Positions 27,501 to 40,689 of a DNA stretch of 64,000 nt are shown in pieces. Numbering within the stretch: the first letter of the stretch is position 1; every line of letters starts with the position of its first letter. The notes beneath the pieces were generated by a model. That model saw only the letters and a program-made list of their open reading frames with translations. It was not told the origin of the DNA and ran no database searches. Source of the stretch: Octopus vulgaris (taxonomy: Eukaryota). Made by a program: the position numbers and the translations under genes. The stretch covers positions 33,914,001 through 33,978,000 of the forward strand of contig OX597816.1 in NCBI GenBank assembly GCA_951406725.2. The letters run 5' to 3'.

Positions 27501-27884
27501 GTCCTATGAACCCAGAAATCGAAAACAGAGAGTTGCTTATTTGCAAAAAAAAAAAAAAGAAATATAAAATGTGACATCATTGACCGAGGTTACCGTGGTC
27601 TTTTCCGTAGGCTTTTCTTTGCACGGGTAAACCTCACCTGTCCTCCCCTTTACACTTCATATTGACATTTCTGTGATAACGATCCCTATTGATCAATTTT
27701 TTTCTCCCCCACTTTTTTTTAAACCCCCTTTTTGTGTCCTCTTTCTCTCCTTTTACGATCCCTTTTGATCGAAACTCCCCCTTCCTTTTTTTTTTTTTTT
27801 TTTTTTTCTTAAACCTTCAAAAGAAAAGCTCTACCTTGTAATTTGTTCTATCTGTGTGCAGCCCTGTGTGGCTAATAAAGAAAC
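24509..27884 (+). mobile_element. Tx1/L1-clade LINE, 5'-truncated, inserted in a (TATC)n microsatellite
   Basis: (TATC)n at 24488-24508 and from 27886; ORF2; 3' UTR ending in AATAAA at 27874. Confidence 0.93.
24519..27509 (+). CDS. LINE ORF2: C-terminal part of APE endonuclease, reverse transcriptase, zinc-knuckle region
   Basis: TWTW..SYLDRI, YTDHKLV, GPGYWKLN, KSPGLDGLPYE, NFRPITLLN, LDQSKAFDRVDH, SVRQGCPLS, AYADD, CPRC..ETVLNALVQC; 996 codons without a stop. Confidence 0.95.
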   Translation: MDTHVDYVGRDRNRRGCKCLRDLLRRFQLSDRFRLDHPNAPTWTWSNRIGSSRSYLDRILCRTVDRDSIGCPQFHIVSYTDHKLVTCTLDLGKTLRQGPGYWKLNASFPSRQVFRDRISTLVKRALTGAIINNKWWFALKRAVKAEAIRYSKALAIDRNRVEGELVKKLEEAIRSGIASDVLAARLALDQHFNAKHEGCAVRARMRALRNEGVGAAREARVAEAQQGNKATIRSLVDELLEPSKMCEAFQQHFVRLFGTSGGQERRVDFSAYLHSLPRLSTRKAGCCEGAITAAEVREAMAECSRDKSPGLDGLPYELYNCMPDLFGDLLAAVYCNWQQNGSIPGFVSRGAVTLLKKDLNKGNVIDNFRPITLLNADLNILAKVLAKRLALVIEKLVDKAQTCAVPGRTIHDNLHLMRYIIDRVVNEPGMGGALINLDQSKAFDRVDHRYLGAVLRAAGFGPVFRGWIAALYRGIRSVIRVNGHLSRPFNIARSVRQGCPLSALLYVLTLEPLLRKLATLRGIPRELGCGTSVSAYADDVTVIVSSHEHIELVGETLKNYEAVTGAKINREKSVGLRLGTWRSKPMPSASASVVGRWTDGPVELLGVWFGPDLQVEKNWNEITSRVVTLARQWAERKLSLKGRAEVANTYIASVIYYRLTVVPCPDPTITKLQRILFRFLWKGCVPMVRRSICCQHPLKGGLGMPWLMMRRHALRLRHLWLYVDDGEQVRSPFVRHAFPQLVSMTELQSWIKKRPRKGEWHRECRVALKQLCRPGSTLSDFNTTKAFYRGLVEGRYDDELGANLDVDEEYLTRLFRTTFGPGPMDNFQRSLAWQCYREALPVRDKLYRHGSRNTGPTCPRCGQSDETVLNALVQCPTISDLWAYVEQLLSRVGRVGLSAESIVNIVTPPSFKREGRAIFIILVAMAKECIWWTRLKGLETNTFLSGQSLINFFKYHLKRKVRVERQVLSSECFKKRWVNVARMARMNDEATLSIVL

Positions 27885-27933
27885 ATATCTATCTATCTAT
27901 CTATCTATATATCTATCTATCTATCTATCTATA

Positions 27934-27994
<61 letters not shown>

Positions 27995-28224
27995 GTCTAT
28001 TTGTCTTTTCTGCCTGTCTATTTGTCTGTCGGTCTAACTGTCTTTCTATCAATCTATTTATCTACCTCTCTCTATACAAATACAAGTGTGTGTGCGTGCG
28101 TGTGTGCGTGCGTGCTTGCATGTGCGTGTGTGTGTGTACGCATGACGAGCTCCAGGTGTGCAAATGGTATTCTGTCAAGAAGCCTGTATGTGGGAGTAGG
28201 AAGTCGAATCGATTTTCCTAGCGC

Positions 28225-28850
28225 AGACACATAAAACTCCCGACACGCTGGCTACTTCTGGCCTATGCAGCAATTTTATCCGGCCCGCAGGACCATTTTG
28301 ATATCAGCATGAAATTCGTCCAAATAGCGGCATCAGCAACTAGAGTACATTGCCGTCCTCAGCAACACATATGCCTCCTTGCTATAACTACACATACAAA
28401 GTACCTGGCTGAAGCAGGCCATTACATTATATATAGCACCGACTGCACTAACTTTCTTACTGAGGGTGTCACCAAATAATGTAATACTCGACAAGAGACA
28501 ACATCACTGTACCTATTACTCATTGTTGTACAGAAAAACACATTAAAAAGGCATGATAACACAGTCACAACTCTTAATTCTAACTGCAACATTGCATCAT
28601 GGGATACAATTCGATTTTCTAATCGCGTGTTGTGAAGCGCTGATAACGCAGAATCTACTAAGCATATAATGCACCGCAACAACCACCTTACCGCTCTTTC
28701 TGGTGGTGATTTTCACTGGACGTCATTCAATAGTAGTAGCTATCTATATCAATGATCAACAGAAATGTCGATAAGGAAAACAGAGCCTTTCAAATCCGGT
28801 GGGAAACCGAGTACATGTTTACTGACATTGATGGCAAAAGCCTTATAAAT
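28225..28850 (+). mobile_element. hAT (SPIN/Charlie/GTF2IRD2-like) DNA transposon 5' remnant
   Basis: RNVDKENRAFQIRWETEYMFTDIDGK at 28752 matches the N-terminus of this transposase group; subterminal atccggcccgc motif. Confidence 0.7.
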
Positions 28851-31151
28851 GGAACGTATAATGAGCACTATAATTTAAACCGTGAAGTTTATCCAAGGGA
28901 AAGAGTTATAACACCGCCAATTTCAGTCATTCCTGCGTGTTATACATCCAGAGTTCAGTGACACTCTTATCAAACGGAGGTGGTTTGGCTCAGTCGGGGA
29001 AAGGTCCTTAATATAGTTTTTGGACTGGTTCAAGAGATATATCATTTCATAGACTGTAAAGGAAAAAAAAATCCAAAGTTCTACGGATTGAAAAGCGGAA
29101 ATGCAAGCTGGTGTTTCTGGTTGACATAACTGCGCATCTCAATGTTTTAAACATCCAGCTCCAGAAACTTCTTTCATGAAATCTATTGCCTATCATGTCT
29201 GCATTGTGTTTCGTCATGCCTTCCAAGGGTGTAAAATTAACCAGAAACCCACAAAGTTTGACACCTACAAATGGGTAGTTGATAATAGGTTTTTAGTAAC
29301 AAGGTGTAATTGATGGGCAGGTTTTGTGTGTTTGTGTGTGTATGTGTGAGTGTGTCCACGCGCGTGTTTGCATCTGTTGGAAGCAATATTATTTAAGCAC
29401 GAATAGCTATCGTCATTGTTATGAAAATTAAAATGTTTACGATATAAGCGGATTCTTAAGAAATGCTTATCTAATTAGAAGCATGAATCATCGAGCTATA
29501 CTACTGGATGTATGTAGTATAAGTAGGTGTTGCAACAAGACGTCCTCCCTGTTTCTGACTTACTTAGCGTTTGGGGGTGGATTGGGTCTTCTTCACATAC
29601 ATAAACCTTCAGATAAAACGCTCCTCGTTATAGTACAACCAACCCCACGGGAGATTACTCTGCCTGCCAATAAACCAGTCATTCTAGTTCTGATTATTTG
29701 ATTCGCTGTATAATTAAAACAAGAGGCATGCTGGAATGTCTATTCATATAATATGATTCCTGGTTGGGCTTTCTCAACGGGTAACTCTTTTCTGTTCTAA
29801 TTCTAGTGTTATATATCAAGGATGGTGGCCTTTGTCAAGTTGTAAACGGTTACTGATAGGCTAAATTAATCGAAGATCTTTATAACACTTATTTTAAAAA
29901 CATCTCTGGCTTTGCCATTCGTCAGCCATAAAACTGCCAGATCATCGTCATTTCTAGAGAGTATTATATGATTTTTAGGGTGATGAAGAGGTTTTGTAAG
30001 GAATTACCTAATTCCCGTTCTCTGTCAAAGTGAATATATTAAAAATTTGTCAACTTTTTAATCCAGTAGAAATTATCATAAAACAATATTGGCATACTAT
30101 AGTTCGTAATTATCCTGCTATAGAGAGGGAAATCCTGGTGTATTGTCTACCATTATCTAGAACATTTAGATTTCACTACTGTAGGGTAGCTATACACGGT
30201 ACCGAAGTGAATGCCTTGTAGACTGTTTTATTCTCAATGGCATGTAACAGTTAATTTCCAACCCATTGTAAGGGCATTGTAGCCCGAAAGATATCGGAGA
30301 TGACATCATATAAAAGAGATTTATTTACTAGGCCTATAGCATCCTTTGACGAAATGATTAGCCTATATTTAAGATTGGAACGGGAAATAAGCCACTGGCT
30401 CTTAAGTGCACAAAATGTTTCTGGCCGTGGTAAAAAGAGTTCACACGATCTTGTGTCTATAGAAGGGTAGCTAGCGCATATACTTCCGTGAATATTTTAT
30501 ACTATAATTGGTTGGCTTAATGTGAAATTGAGCCAATGTCTTATTGACTACATTTACTCAGAGTGTGTACAGCGCTACTTTCGATTGTTTATTCAGTTAT
30601 ATACATTCATACATCCATTCATATATACACACATACATACATATACTTACAGATATGTTTACCAACGTCTTGAATGTGTCGATGGGGTACCGTCTTGACG
30701 TATGACATATTCGGGTCGTTTTGCGCTTAGGCATATTAAAGTTCATCCTTTTCTAGACTTAACCGATTTTCTCTTTGCTTTGCCCAATGTAATTAACAAA
30801 AGGGTCATCATCCTTGTTATTTCATCAGTTGATCACACTAAAATAATGAAAGTCATATTCATACATGGCAGAGTTTCACGAAAAGGTTGGAAATCTCCAA
30901 CAGCTAACATAAGGCATTGTACGTGACGTTGTAACAGTTATATTACTATTCATATTGTACTTTTGTGTACGCATTTACGCATATATATGTACATACATAC
31001 ACTTATATATATAAGATAGAAAGATAGATAGACAGATAGCTGCATACATAATACACACATATATACACCCATACACATATAAACATATAATCACATGTAT
31101 ATATTTATGGATATATGTATATAATGTATATGTATATATATATACATGCAT

Positions 31152-31236
<85 letters not shown>

Positions 31237-31270
31237 GTACGTAAGTTTGAATACGTTTATAAATATGCTC

Positions 31271-31301
<31 letters not shown>

Positions 31302-31351
31302 ACTTTACCCACTCTTGCACGCACACACGCGCACACACACACGCACACACA

Positions 31352-31391
<40 letters not shown>

Positions 31392-32004
31392 TATGAGTAA
31401 CATATTGCAGAGGATGATAATAGGTCAAGTGTTAGACTGGAAGAATCTTGGAAATGAAGTTAGTTCGAATAGCATTTAGAGTTATGCTGGAAAAGCATTT
31501 GTAAATGTTAAATAATATCACCAATGTTATTCTCTGATCAATATTTAGCTAGTGAACTTTGTCCTAACAATATTTGACACTCTTACAGCTTGACGTATTG
31601 GATATGAAACATCTTACTACTGTGAAATTGGCTGTAATTTGCTGACATTTTCCATTAAAAGACCTATGAAATCCAGTAATAAGCAAACTAAGTGAAAAGT
31701 TTCCAATTGCTACTAAGAAGGGAAACTAAAAGTGGTTGATATTTAGCAAAGACAGAGATAATTTCTAATGCGAAGCACTGTCACGTGATTGTAGATGTTA
31801 ATGAATTACTAGAAATGGCTGTGATAAGAATTCTTCTGTAGAAACAAATATTAATTTGCATGCTATTTAGTAAAAATAAATATTAAAGCATAGTTAAAAG
31901 TATTGAAATTCTTTCAATCATGAAAATTAAGTATATACAAAAATATATATACATACAGATATGTACAAGCGAGTATGTTTATATACATACCTAATACATA
32001 TACA

Positions 32005-32054
<50 letters not shown>

Positions 32055-32067
32055 TATGTATGTATGC

Positions 32068-32168
<101 letters not shown>

Positions 32169-32862
32169 CATTCATACATACATATACACACACATATATG
32201 CTTTTATTCGATGGGGCACAATTGTGTATACTTATGTAACAGGTATTGTAATGGGATATTATATCTGATGTAGAAATTAGCATCATGCAAGAAGTTTCCA
32301 TAAATAGTGGTTTCGTTTGACAGGGAACAAGGCTTAATATTTTCTAATGGAAGCTTATTCTCGAATGAATTAACCATAATATATTATAAGATCGTATTTC
32401 ATCGAACTGGAAAATGAGTAAATGGGAAATAAAACCAATTGGTTTTGAACTGAAGACTTAATGGGGATAAATCAAATAGTGTAGCGTATTTCCTTCGACA
32501 TTCAAGGGTTACTGATAATATGTTGCTTTCTAAATGACAATATATATGAATTAATTATCGAAGTTTATTTAATAAGTTAGAAAAACTACAAGCAAATATT
32601 TAATGTGTATTTTTTAACACGCATTGAATAATATTTTAGAAAATATATTTCACTAAGGTAAAGGAAATAATATCTTATCTTTTCTCGTACCTTATAAAAT
32701 ACATTCTTCTCCGTTGTATAAGGTGGAGAATATATTTCATGAGGCACAAGAAATAGTTTTATAAATTAGGAGAATATGATTTATAAGTTAGTGTATAAAT
32801 ACATTTTCAAGGCCGTGGGAAAACACATTTCATGCTGTAGCGGAAATATATTTCAGGAAATA

Positions 32863-33688
32863 TTAGGGGATACCCAAAAGTAACCGGAAGCCACTTGATG
32901 CAACCTACAGGCATCAGTCGAAGGGTGAAGTCATTCGTCCAATTCGTGCGTCTTTTTATGCAGTGTTTTACCCCTACGTCGAATTTTGCGATGACTGAAA
33001 CTAAGGAACATCGTACTTCCGTAAAATTCAGTTTGCTGCTGGGGAAAACGGTGGCCGAAACAGTTGTCTTGATTTAGATATCTTACAACGACACTGCTAT
33101 GAGCAAAACACAAATTCACGAGTGATTTCCACGCTTTAACAATGGTGACTTGTCGCTTGAAATTCAACATTGTTCACGACGACCTTCGACCTCCGAAACG
33201 AAAGAAAACATCATAGAAATTCATGAACTGATCTCGGAAAACACTCGCTAAATCATTGATATGATTGGTGTGTCCTTGAGCTTCTACCAACAAACTTTGA
33301 ACGAAGAATTGCGAATGAAATTATTTTGCAGCAAAATTTGTGCCTCACTTGCTCGCGAAAATCAAAAGTAGACGCGACTGAATGCGTGTCAAGAACTGAA
33401 AGAACAGTTAGGAAGTTGATCCGGACCTTTTTCGAAGGTCATCACTGTTGCCGAAATCTGGTGCTGCAGAATTATCAGATGTGGAAGAGATGAGGAAAAA
33501 AATGACAGAGGTGTTAGAAGGCAAAACATTTCTAGACTTCTAACACAGCTTCGAATAGTGGCATACGCACCTGGACCGACGTATTGCATAAAGTCGAGTA
33601 TACTTTGAAGGCGATAAAAGTGCAAACACTTAAAACAAAGTCAATAACAAAATATTACAAAATTCCGGTTTTCTTGGGTACCCATTTG
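32863..33688 (+). mobile_element. Internally deleted mariner element with terminal inverted repeats
   Basis: TIRs ggatacccaaaagtaaccggaa / ttccggttttcttgggtaccc; EHRTSVKFSLLLGKTVAET HTH start, AAKFVPHLL (~WVPHEL), DPDLFSKVITVAEIW (~IITGDETW), C-terminal YFEGD. Confidence 0.85.
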
Positions 33689-36600
33689 TATAAAGTAATG
33701 TGAAAATCATACTTGGGGACATTTCTTTTGTAAAAGTAACCTATAACCTGGTGAAATATATATTGCATAATGTTCTGGAAAACATCTTACCTGATAAAAG
33801 AGACGATATTTTATAAATATGTGCTTTGAGCCAAGAGGTTCATGATAACGGAGATTATCCAAATTTGTGTGTTTAGGTGGACTTTCCTTTAAACAGAAGT
33901 CATTTTGCAGCTGGTTAACACCAAGGTGCCATTAGATTTCAATTCATCTAAGCGCAAAAGAGCAACGTGAACGGAAACATCTTACTCAATGTTGCAGACT
34001 CTATTCGGTCGTAAAATCGGACGCGTGATCTAAAGATGGTGAGACGAACACCGTAACCATTGGCTAAATATTGTTAGTTACGATTTAGAAGGTAGCGAAA
34101 AGCATATTTCAAATGACAATGCATGACATTTGTTACAGGGGAATATATCTCCCCGTAATAAGGAAATATATATTTAAAACTCTATCATTACATATATCGA
34201 AAATGTAAAGGACAAAACAATATATATGACACCCATCTACCTAGTGATGAGTGGAAACAGTTAATCAAGATTAATCAACTATTGCATCCAGTTAGCCAAA
34301 GTTTCTGGTTTAAAGATAGCTTCCATGCTTTTTCCCTTATGGAAAGGCTGGCATGTGGTGAGCAAAGAACTTCCTGAGTAATACTATACTAAAAACACTA
34401 ATTCAACGCAACGCTAAAAAACAAAGTGAACATGGGTGAGCTGTACACTGACAGCCCAGCAAGACGGAGAAGTTACCGCAAAGCAGTGTAAGCGATGCTT
34501 AACGTTACTTCAGTCTTTGGCAATATTCTTCCTTATTGCATATTCTTGGGTCATTAGATATTAATGTAAACAGAAATACTTGAAATTATTTTGAAGTATA
34601 TTTTTTTTGCTAAAAATATTAGATAATTAAACTTAGGATGAATATGCATAATATTAGAAAATACTTGATGCAATTCCAATGATTCAAAGAAAGTTATGAA
34701 TTTTATATGTGTATTAGATGAACACAGAGCAAAGTTTCTATCAATAAAAAAAAAACGATATATTCTATACAAAAGACGAAATGAATTCTTAAATTGGCAC
34801 TGTAAGAGTCTTTTGAATAAATATTGAACCCTCAAGTTAGCACAGGTGTGGAGAGAATATCTAACAATTTTTTCTTAAATTAGAGGCTTAGTTCATGGTG
34901 TATTTTTCATTATGATAGAAATAATGATTATAAATTCTCTTAAACATCAAGCATCAGATAATATTCGATACGTTGTTTCTTCAAAACAAATTTGTCACAA
35001 AAATTTGAAACACAAATGAGGATTTTATATCAATCATCTGTTTCAACAAATTAAACACAAAACTTAAACACGAAGCTGAATTCGTGAGGCAATTGCACAG
35101 CTTCACCTTTAGTTTCCTCGCAGGCTATTTTGAGAAAATTATGTTTTATTCTCAGGTCTACAAAGGTTTTGTAAATGAAATTTCAATACAAAACGGTTAA
35201 AGTTCTTCGCATGTTTACTCCTGCTTTTTGATGGTATCACATGATTTAAAAGCTGCACCTGGATGTTCGGTGTTCTAGTGTAGTCTATTTTACGTAAGCG
35301 TTATATATATTTTTCTGGTCATTTGAATGCCTGGAAAACGGTCTTAGTTGTTGAATTTCTTTGTTGATTAAATGCTAGGACATAAGCGACAATTAAAAAG
35401 TTGGAATTAGGGTTATTGCTTAATGGGAAGTATAGTGTAATGTAAATAATAATGTATTTGTGGGAAGTATAGTAGAAGACAATCAATGATATGTTTGTAC
35501 GATGAGTGGTGGAAGATAAAAACAGGAACCGCTTGTGGGCAGTAAGGAAATAAGAAACTAGGGAGTATGGTAGAATGTAAACATCGACTTAATTGTGGGA
35601 AGTATGATCGAAGATAAATACTTTTTTGGAGGTAAGGTAAATTATTCTGATTTTGTATATATCTTGTAAGTTAAACAATAATTTATCTGTCAGATGACAG
35701 AAAATCCAATTTAAATCACTATAATATTTAACTAGGAAAGTAATATATTTTTACATCTTAAGGAGTTTTTTCAACAAAAGAATTTTTGGGAAGGTAATAT
35801 TTGCATTCGTGTATTGTTCATCCGCTTTGTCATTTCTGCAATCGTATCTAACATTACATTATACGGAATGACGTTCAAGTTCAGATAAATATATTGAGTA
35901 TTATATCTGACCGATATCATTTCAATCATATAATCATATACATAAACGCGCGCACGCACACTCTCGTACACACACTCACACATGCACAAACTCGCGCACA
36001 CATACATATCCATGTACAGAAATGAGTGCTTATATATATATATATGCATGTGTATTTGTATATGCATACACACATACGGATACTCATGCACAAATGCACA
36101 CACATTCTCAAACACATATAACTATCAGAATTGCATATAGCATTGCTCTGAACTGTACGTAGTTATGTACAACAATTTTCGCATATTAGATTTGCTATTC
36201 AAAGTTTATTTAGGGGTGAAATTGAGCTGACATACGACCAAATCCTTCATTTATTTCCAAATTTCTTATACGTCGGCTCCAACGTCCTTTAACCTATAAT
36301 TCTCTATAACCACACTATCAGGTATATCAGGATATCGTAATGATTTAGAAAAAGCGATGGTGCGTAAGACTGAATCATGTTGCTAGTGATTCATTAAAGT
36401 TTTGCATACGCAAAATCAGTATTAGTGTTCAGTAGAGATATGGAACTGGAGTAGCCGTTTAAAGCAAATAGGATATACAGTTGGTTTGAAATATCAAAGC
36501 TTAATAATGTCGAAGTGTCGTTGGAAGAGGATGGAAATTCTGGTTGTTGAAATGTTGATACAAATATCATTTACAATATCAAAACAAAAAAATGTGCTTT

Positions 36601-37144
36601 TCGAAATAAAAAAGTTTTAGTATTGATTTATTTTAACAAAGAAAGCTGGAAACTATGTTTTGTGAAATTTAATGTTAACTCCTATCATTATTCGAGCATG
36701 GAAATATAAATATAATTGATTTAATTTATGTTTCATTTACAAAGCACAGAACTGCAATGAGAGTAGAGCAAGTAGGGTGAGTATGGCTTGTTAACATGTG
36801 TTTATTTTGTCTCAGGTAGACATAGACATAATCTTATGTCTCTCACGTTTGACCCAGTAGACTACCGGAAGAACAGAGGGCAGCGCTAGCATCCAAAGAC
36901 AACTCCTGGTTAGAACTGGGTTGACTGGATCAACGTGAAATATAATATTTTCTTCAAGGCGATTGCTTATCAAGGAGTTCAACTGACAACATTATGGTCA
37001 AAAGCAACATTCCTTAATCAGTAATTTACACAACATCACAAATGCAATAGAAATAAAGCAATAGTTTGATTGGGAAGTGAAAATCGGTGAGAGAATAACT
37101 AGTATAGATGGAGTTGTTTTTAGAATATGACACATCAAATATTA

Positions 37145-37197
<53 letters not shown>

Positions 37198-37239
37198 GTA
37201 ATAATAATAATAATAGTATTAAGGATGATAAAATTGGTA

Positions 37240-37800
37240 TCAAATTTTGGCACAAGGTCAGCAGTTTTAGGAAGGGAGTAAGTCGATTTTAGCGAACCGA
37301 GTGTTCTAGTAATTAACTTATCGGACCGCGAAAGGATGGAATGAAATATCGGCCCTGGCAATATTTGGTCACAGAACCTAAAAACGGACGAAATTTTGCT
37401 AAAAATTTGGCCCAGCCTCTTAAGGCAGAAAGCCAGCAATTTTGAAGGAAGGAGTATGTCGATTTAATCGACCTTGGCGCAGTACTAGTATTTAGTTTAT
37501 CAACCCCGAAAGGATGTAAAGGTAAATTCGACCTCCGTGGCATTTGAACTCTGAAATTAAAACCAGACGAAATGCTGTCAAGCATTTCGTGCGACGTGGT
37601 GACGATTCTGCCAGTTCGCCGCCTTAAAATTAATAATGTTGTTACTGACCAAACTTTGAACTTTTTGAAGTTCAAGTTCCGCCGATGTCGACTTTGCATT
37701 TCACTCTCGGGGTCGATCGAAAAACTACCACTGAGGTCAATGTAATCAACATTCTCCCTCCGATGAAGTTGCTGAACCTGTGTCCAATTTCGAAATCTAT
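37240..37800. mobile_element. Cluster of SINE-like family B copies (two on minus, one partial on plus)
   Basis: Repeated gtcgattt...ccgaaaggatg...atttgaactc...ctgccagttcgccgcctt. Confidence 0.75.
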
Positions 37801-39063
37801 ATTAAAAGTGAATCAATTCGACATGAGAAAATGTAATTCATAAATATTTCATAAAACACTGTTAAAATCGACGCGTCATTTTCTACAAATGAAAAAGAAA
37901 ATTATGAGATAATAATTAAAATTTTGATACCACCAAAAGAAGAAATACAAAACTAAAAAAACAATAATAAATTAATTGTTCAGCTAACTAATTGAGATAA
38001 AGATAAAATTATACTGAATTAAACATGTAAAGGTAAGCCAGTTCAGTGTCTGTATAACTGTATTGGTATAAACAAACAGCAGACATTCTATCGCGAATCT
38101 ACGTTAAGAAAAAAGAAGAAAAACCAATGGGTAAGATTGTAATCTTTCCTTGTATTAGTCTGCAAAAGCGTTATTACAAACTAGTCTCTCCAAGCAAATG
38201 TTTAACAAGAAAAAATATATATCCATCAACTTTCTTCTAATGAAATATATTAAATTTAACATATTTGAGTTTGCAACAGTGTATTTCAGCAAGTTCTACA
38301 AACTCCATGTCTCATATGGAATGAAAGAAGAGACTGTTGAAAAACAGAAAAAAAGGACGATAAAGAGAAAAAAAAATAAAAACAGAAAATCCGGAACAAG
38401 ACATCGATTTTCTAACAAGTTCATAACATGTCTTATGAGTAGTTAATGATGTATTTTATGAAAGACACACTATGTAACAATACATTTTCAAGTTACAACA
38501 CTTCAGTGTACTGCATAGCGTAACACAGTATGGTATCATTAATTTGTACGGTATTTACATTAAAATGTGTTAAAATTAATTGTTTTGAAAATAAATGGGA
38601 CCATGTATTGCCTTGTTCTTTTCTCTCAGAGTGCGCTCTGCATCAGCCTTAGCATTATTGAACTCCTCGTTTGTTTACCTTCTGAGTGCATCTGATAATT
38701 TCTTTTACAAGAAGCGATTTCGTATATTGTCCCTGATAGTAAAAATATTTCTGGGTCATTTTCATCAAAACAACACCGCCAGTTGTGGGAGACTGTGCCA
38801 ACCACAACCTAAGTGGCAATGTATATATGAAGAAAGATTTATTTCCATAGGTTACACGCTATTGAACCGAAACTGCCTTGCAGGATCAATTGTGTATCAG
38901 GGAAGTGGAGGTGAGCAAAATTTGGGTACTCGAATGTCTTATGTCATCAAGAATGAGTCTTACATGCATAAATACATATATGTATATATAAACACTCACA
39001 CACACACAGACACAATATATATATATGTATATATTATTATTATTATTATTATCATCATCATCA

Positions 39064-39115
<52 letters not shown>

Positions 39116-39168
39116 CATTATTATTATTTCTAAGTCTCTCTAAAGGAGACTACGGCAACGGTACTGAA

Positions 39169-39413
39169 TATTAATAATTATCGCCAAGCTAATATGGCAG
39201 TCCATAAATATAGGACGAAAGAAACTGAAACATGTCTGCAGATGCCTGACCAGCAAGGGGAAGCGGCTGACCTCCCCTGTTCGAAGATTATAATTGGACA
39301 CAGTTTCGTGTCATATAGCTAGCTAGAGGCAAAGGCCTCGTGGAGCTAATCAACGGCAGCTTTCGTTCTATATTCATGGACTGTCATATTAGCTTAGTGA
39401 TAACTATTAATAT
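39169..39413. mobile_element. MITE-like element with ~53-bp terminal inverted repeats
   Basis: ttaataattatcgccaagctaatatggcagtccataaatataggacgaaag pairs with ctttcgttctatattcatggactgtcatattagcttagtgataactattaa. Confidence 0.8.
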
Positions 39414-39799
39414 ATATATGCATACATACGAAGATGATCTGCGTAGTCGTCTTCATCCACCAAATAACGTAAATATAATGATCCAGAGATATACTCATAC
39501 ATATGCATACATCTATCAATATACAACCATAAATGCATATGTGTGGATGTGGATGTGAATGTGTATATATATGTGTGTGTGTGTTTGTGTATACATACAC
39601 ACATATATATTGTAAACGATGCAAAAAACCGTATGATGTATGATGTGGGAATTTTTTCCATGCGCTGAGAAAATTAACGCAATATGCAGTATGGAATATA
39701 AAGTTCTATATCTGTTGGAGTGTTTGAGATATTTCAACAGTATCTGTATCTGCGAAAAGGATAAGATTAAATTTTAGAGGAAAGCAAATCGTTTATAGA

Positions 39800-40650
39800 C
39801 ATATGCTGAACTTGCCGTTCTGAAGTGGAAAATTAGCCGTTTTTCGTATAGGCTTTGGATAACATTACTGTGAACTTGTAGGAAACCATAAAAAGTAAAT
39901 GAAGGTGCTAGTGTTCTGAGTAACTGAAGTGGATGGCTTAAGTGATTCAGAGCGTTTTCATTGGAATTGATCTTTTAACCTCTGAGCGATTTCTCCTGCA
40001 TTACATAAAATTCACTGTTAGTCTTTAATGCAGTTGATTAAATTTCCAGATCAAAAGGATGTGGTAAATAACATAGAAATTGAACCTAGGTGGTTTTCAA
40101 TGATAGGAGAATTCTTGAAATGGGAGCAAGCCGAAGCAAAGGAAGCATGATGGAAATGAAAAGAAGGTGAAAGAACTGTAGAACAGAGATACCTGCAACT
40201 TGCGGCCGCCTCTGAAGGAGGAGCTGTTATTGAAAAATTGTGTTTAGTCGCTTCGTTGTATGTAGAGGACAGGAGCTGAGTAGGATATTGTATCGAAGAT
40301 GGTAGCTGATGAGATTATAAAGTGAGGAGAAATACAGTCCTATGGGGCACATATCATAAATACCCTTAGCTGCTAATGCACGTGCAGGGCTGTCTTGAAG
40401 AATGGTAGGGAAGCAGTCTCTTCAGAAAAGACAGACCATTGAGAAAGATTCAAATTGAAAATAGGAATTTCAAACAAAGAATCAAAGAAAATAAAGTAAC
40501 ATTAGTTTTAAGTGACAATAACTGTTTCATGAGTGGTGTGGGATGAGAAGACATTACAATATTAATGAAGGTGCAGAGTATTGTATGTAGATTGCAAAGC
40601 AAAAAGAGAAAATGTGCAAAGGTAAAAATTATGTTTCGTATATTAAAGAG
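39800..40650 (-). pseudogene. Possible highly decayed CR1/L2-type LINE RT fragment
   Basis: Faint FP..KTAL..KG..YRTVFLL (~YRPISL) echo near 40300-40420. Confidence 0.3.
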
Positions 40651-40689
40651 AGGATGCTGAAGAAATAACATACAACGAGCAAAAGGGAA

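Noticed and set aside
24761-27580. Short ORFs overlapping the LINE ORF2
   Set aside because: Shadow frames of a GC-rich coding sequence
39198-39240. GTCC...GGACGAAA resembling hammerhead stem II
   Set aside because: No CUGANGA box upstream; the segment is explained as one terminal inverted repeat of the MITE at 39169-39413
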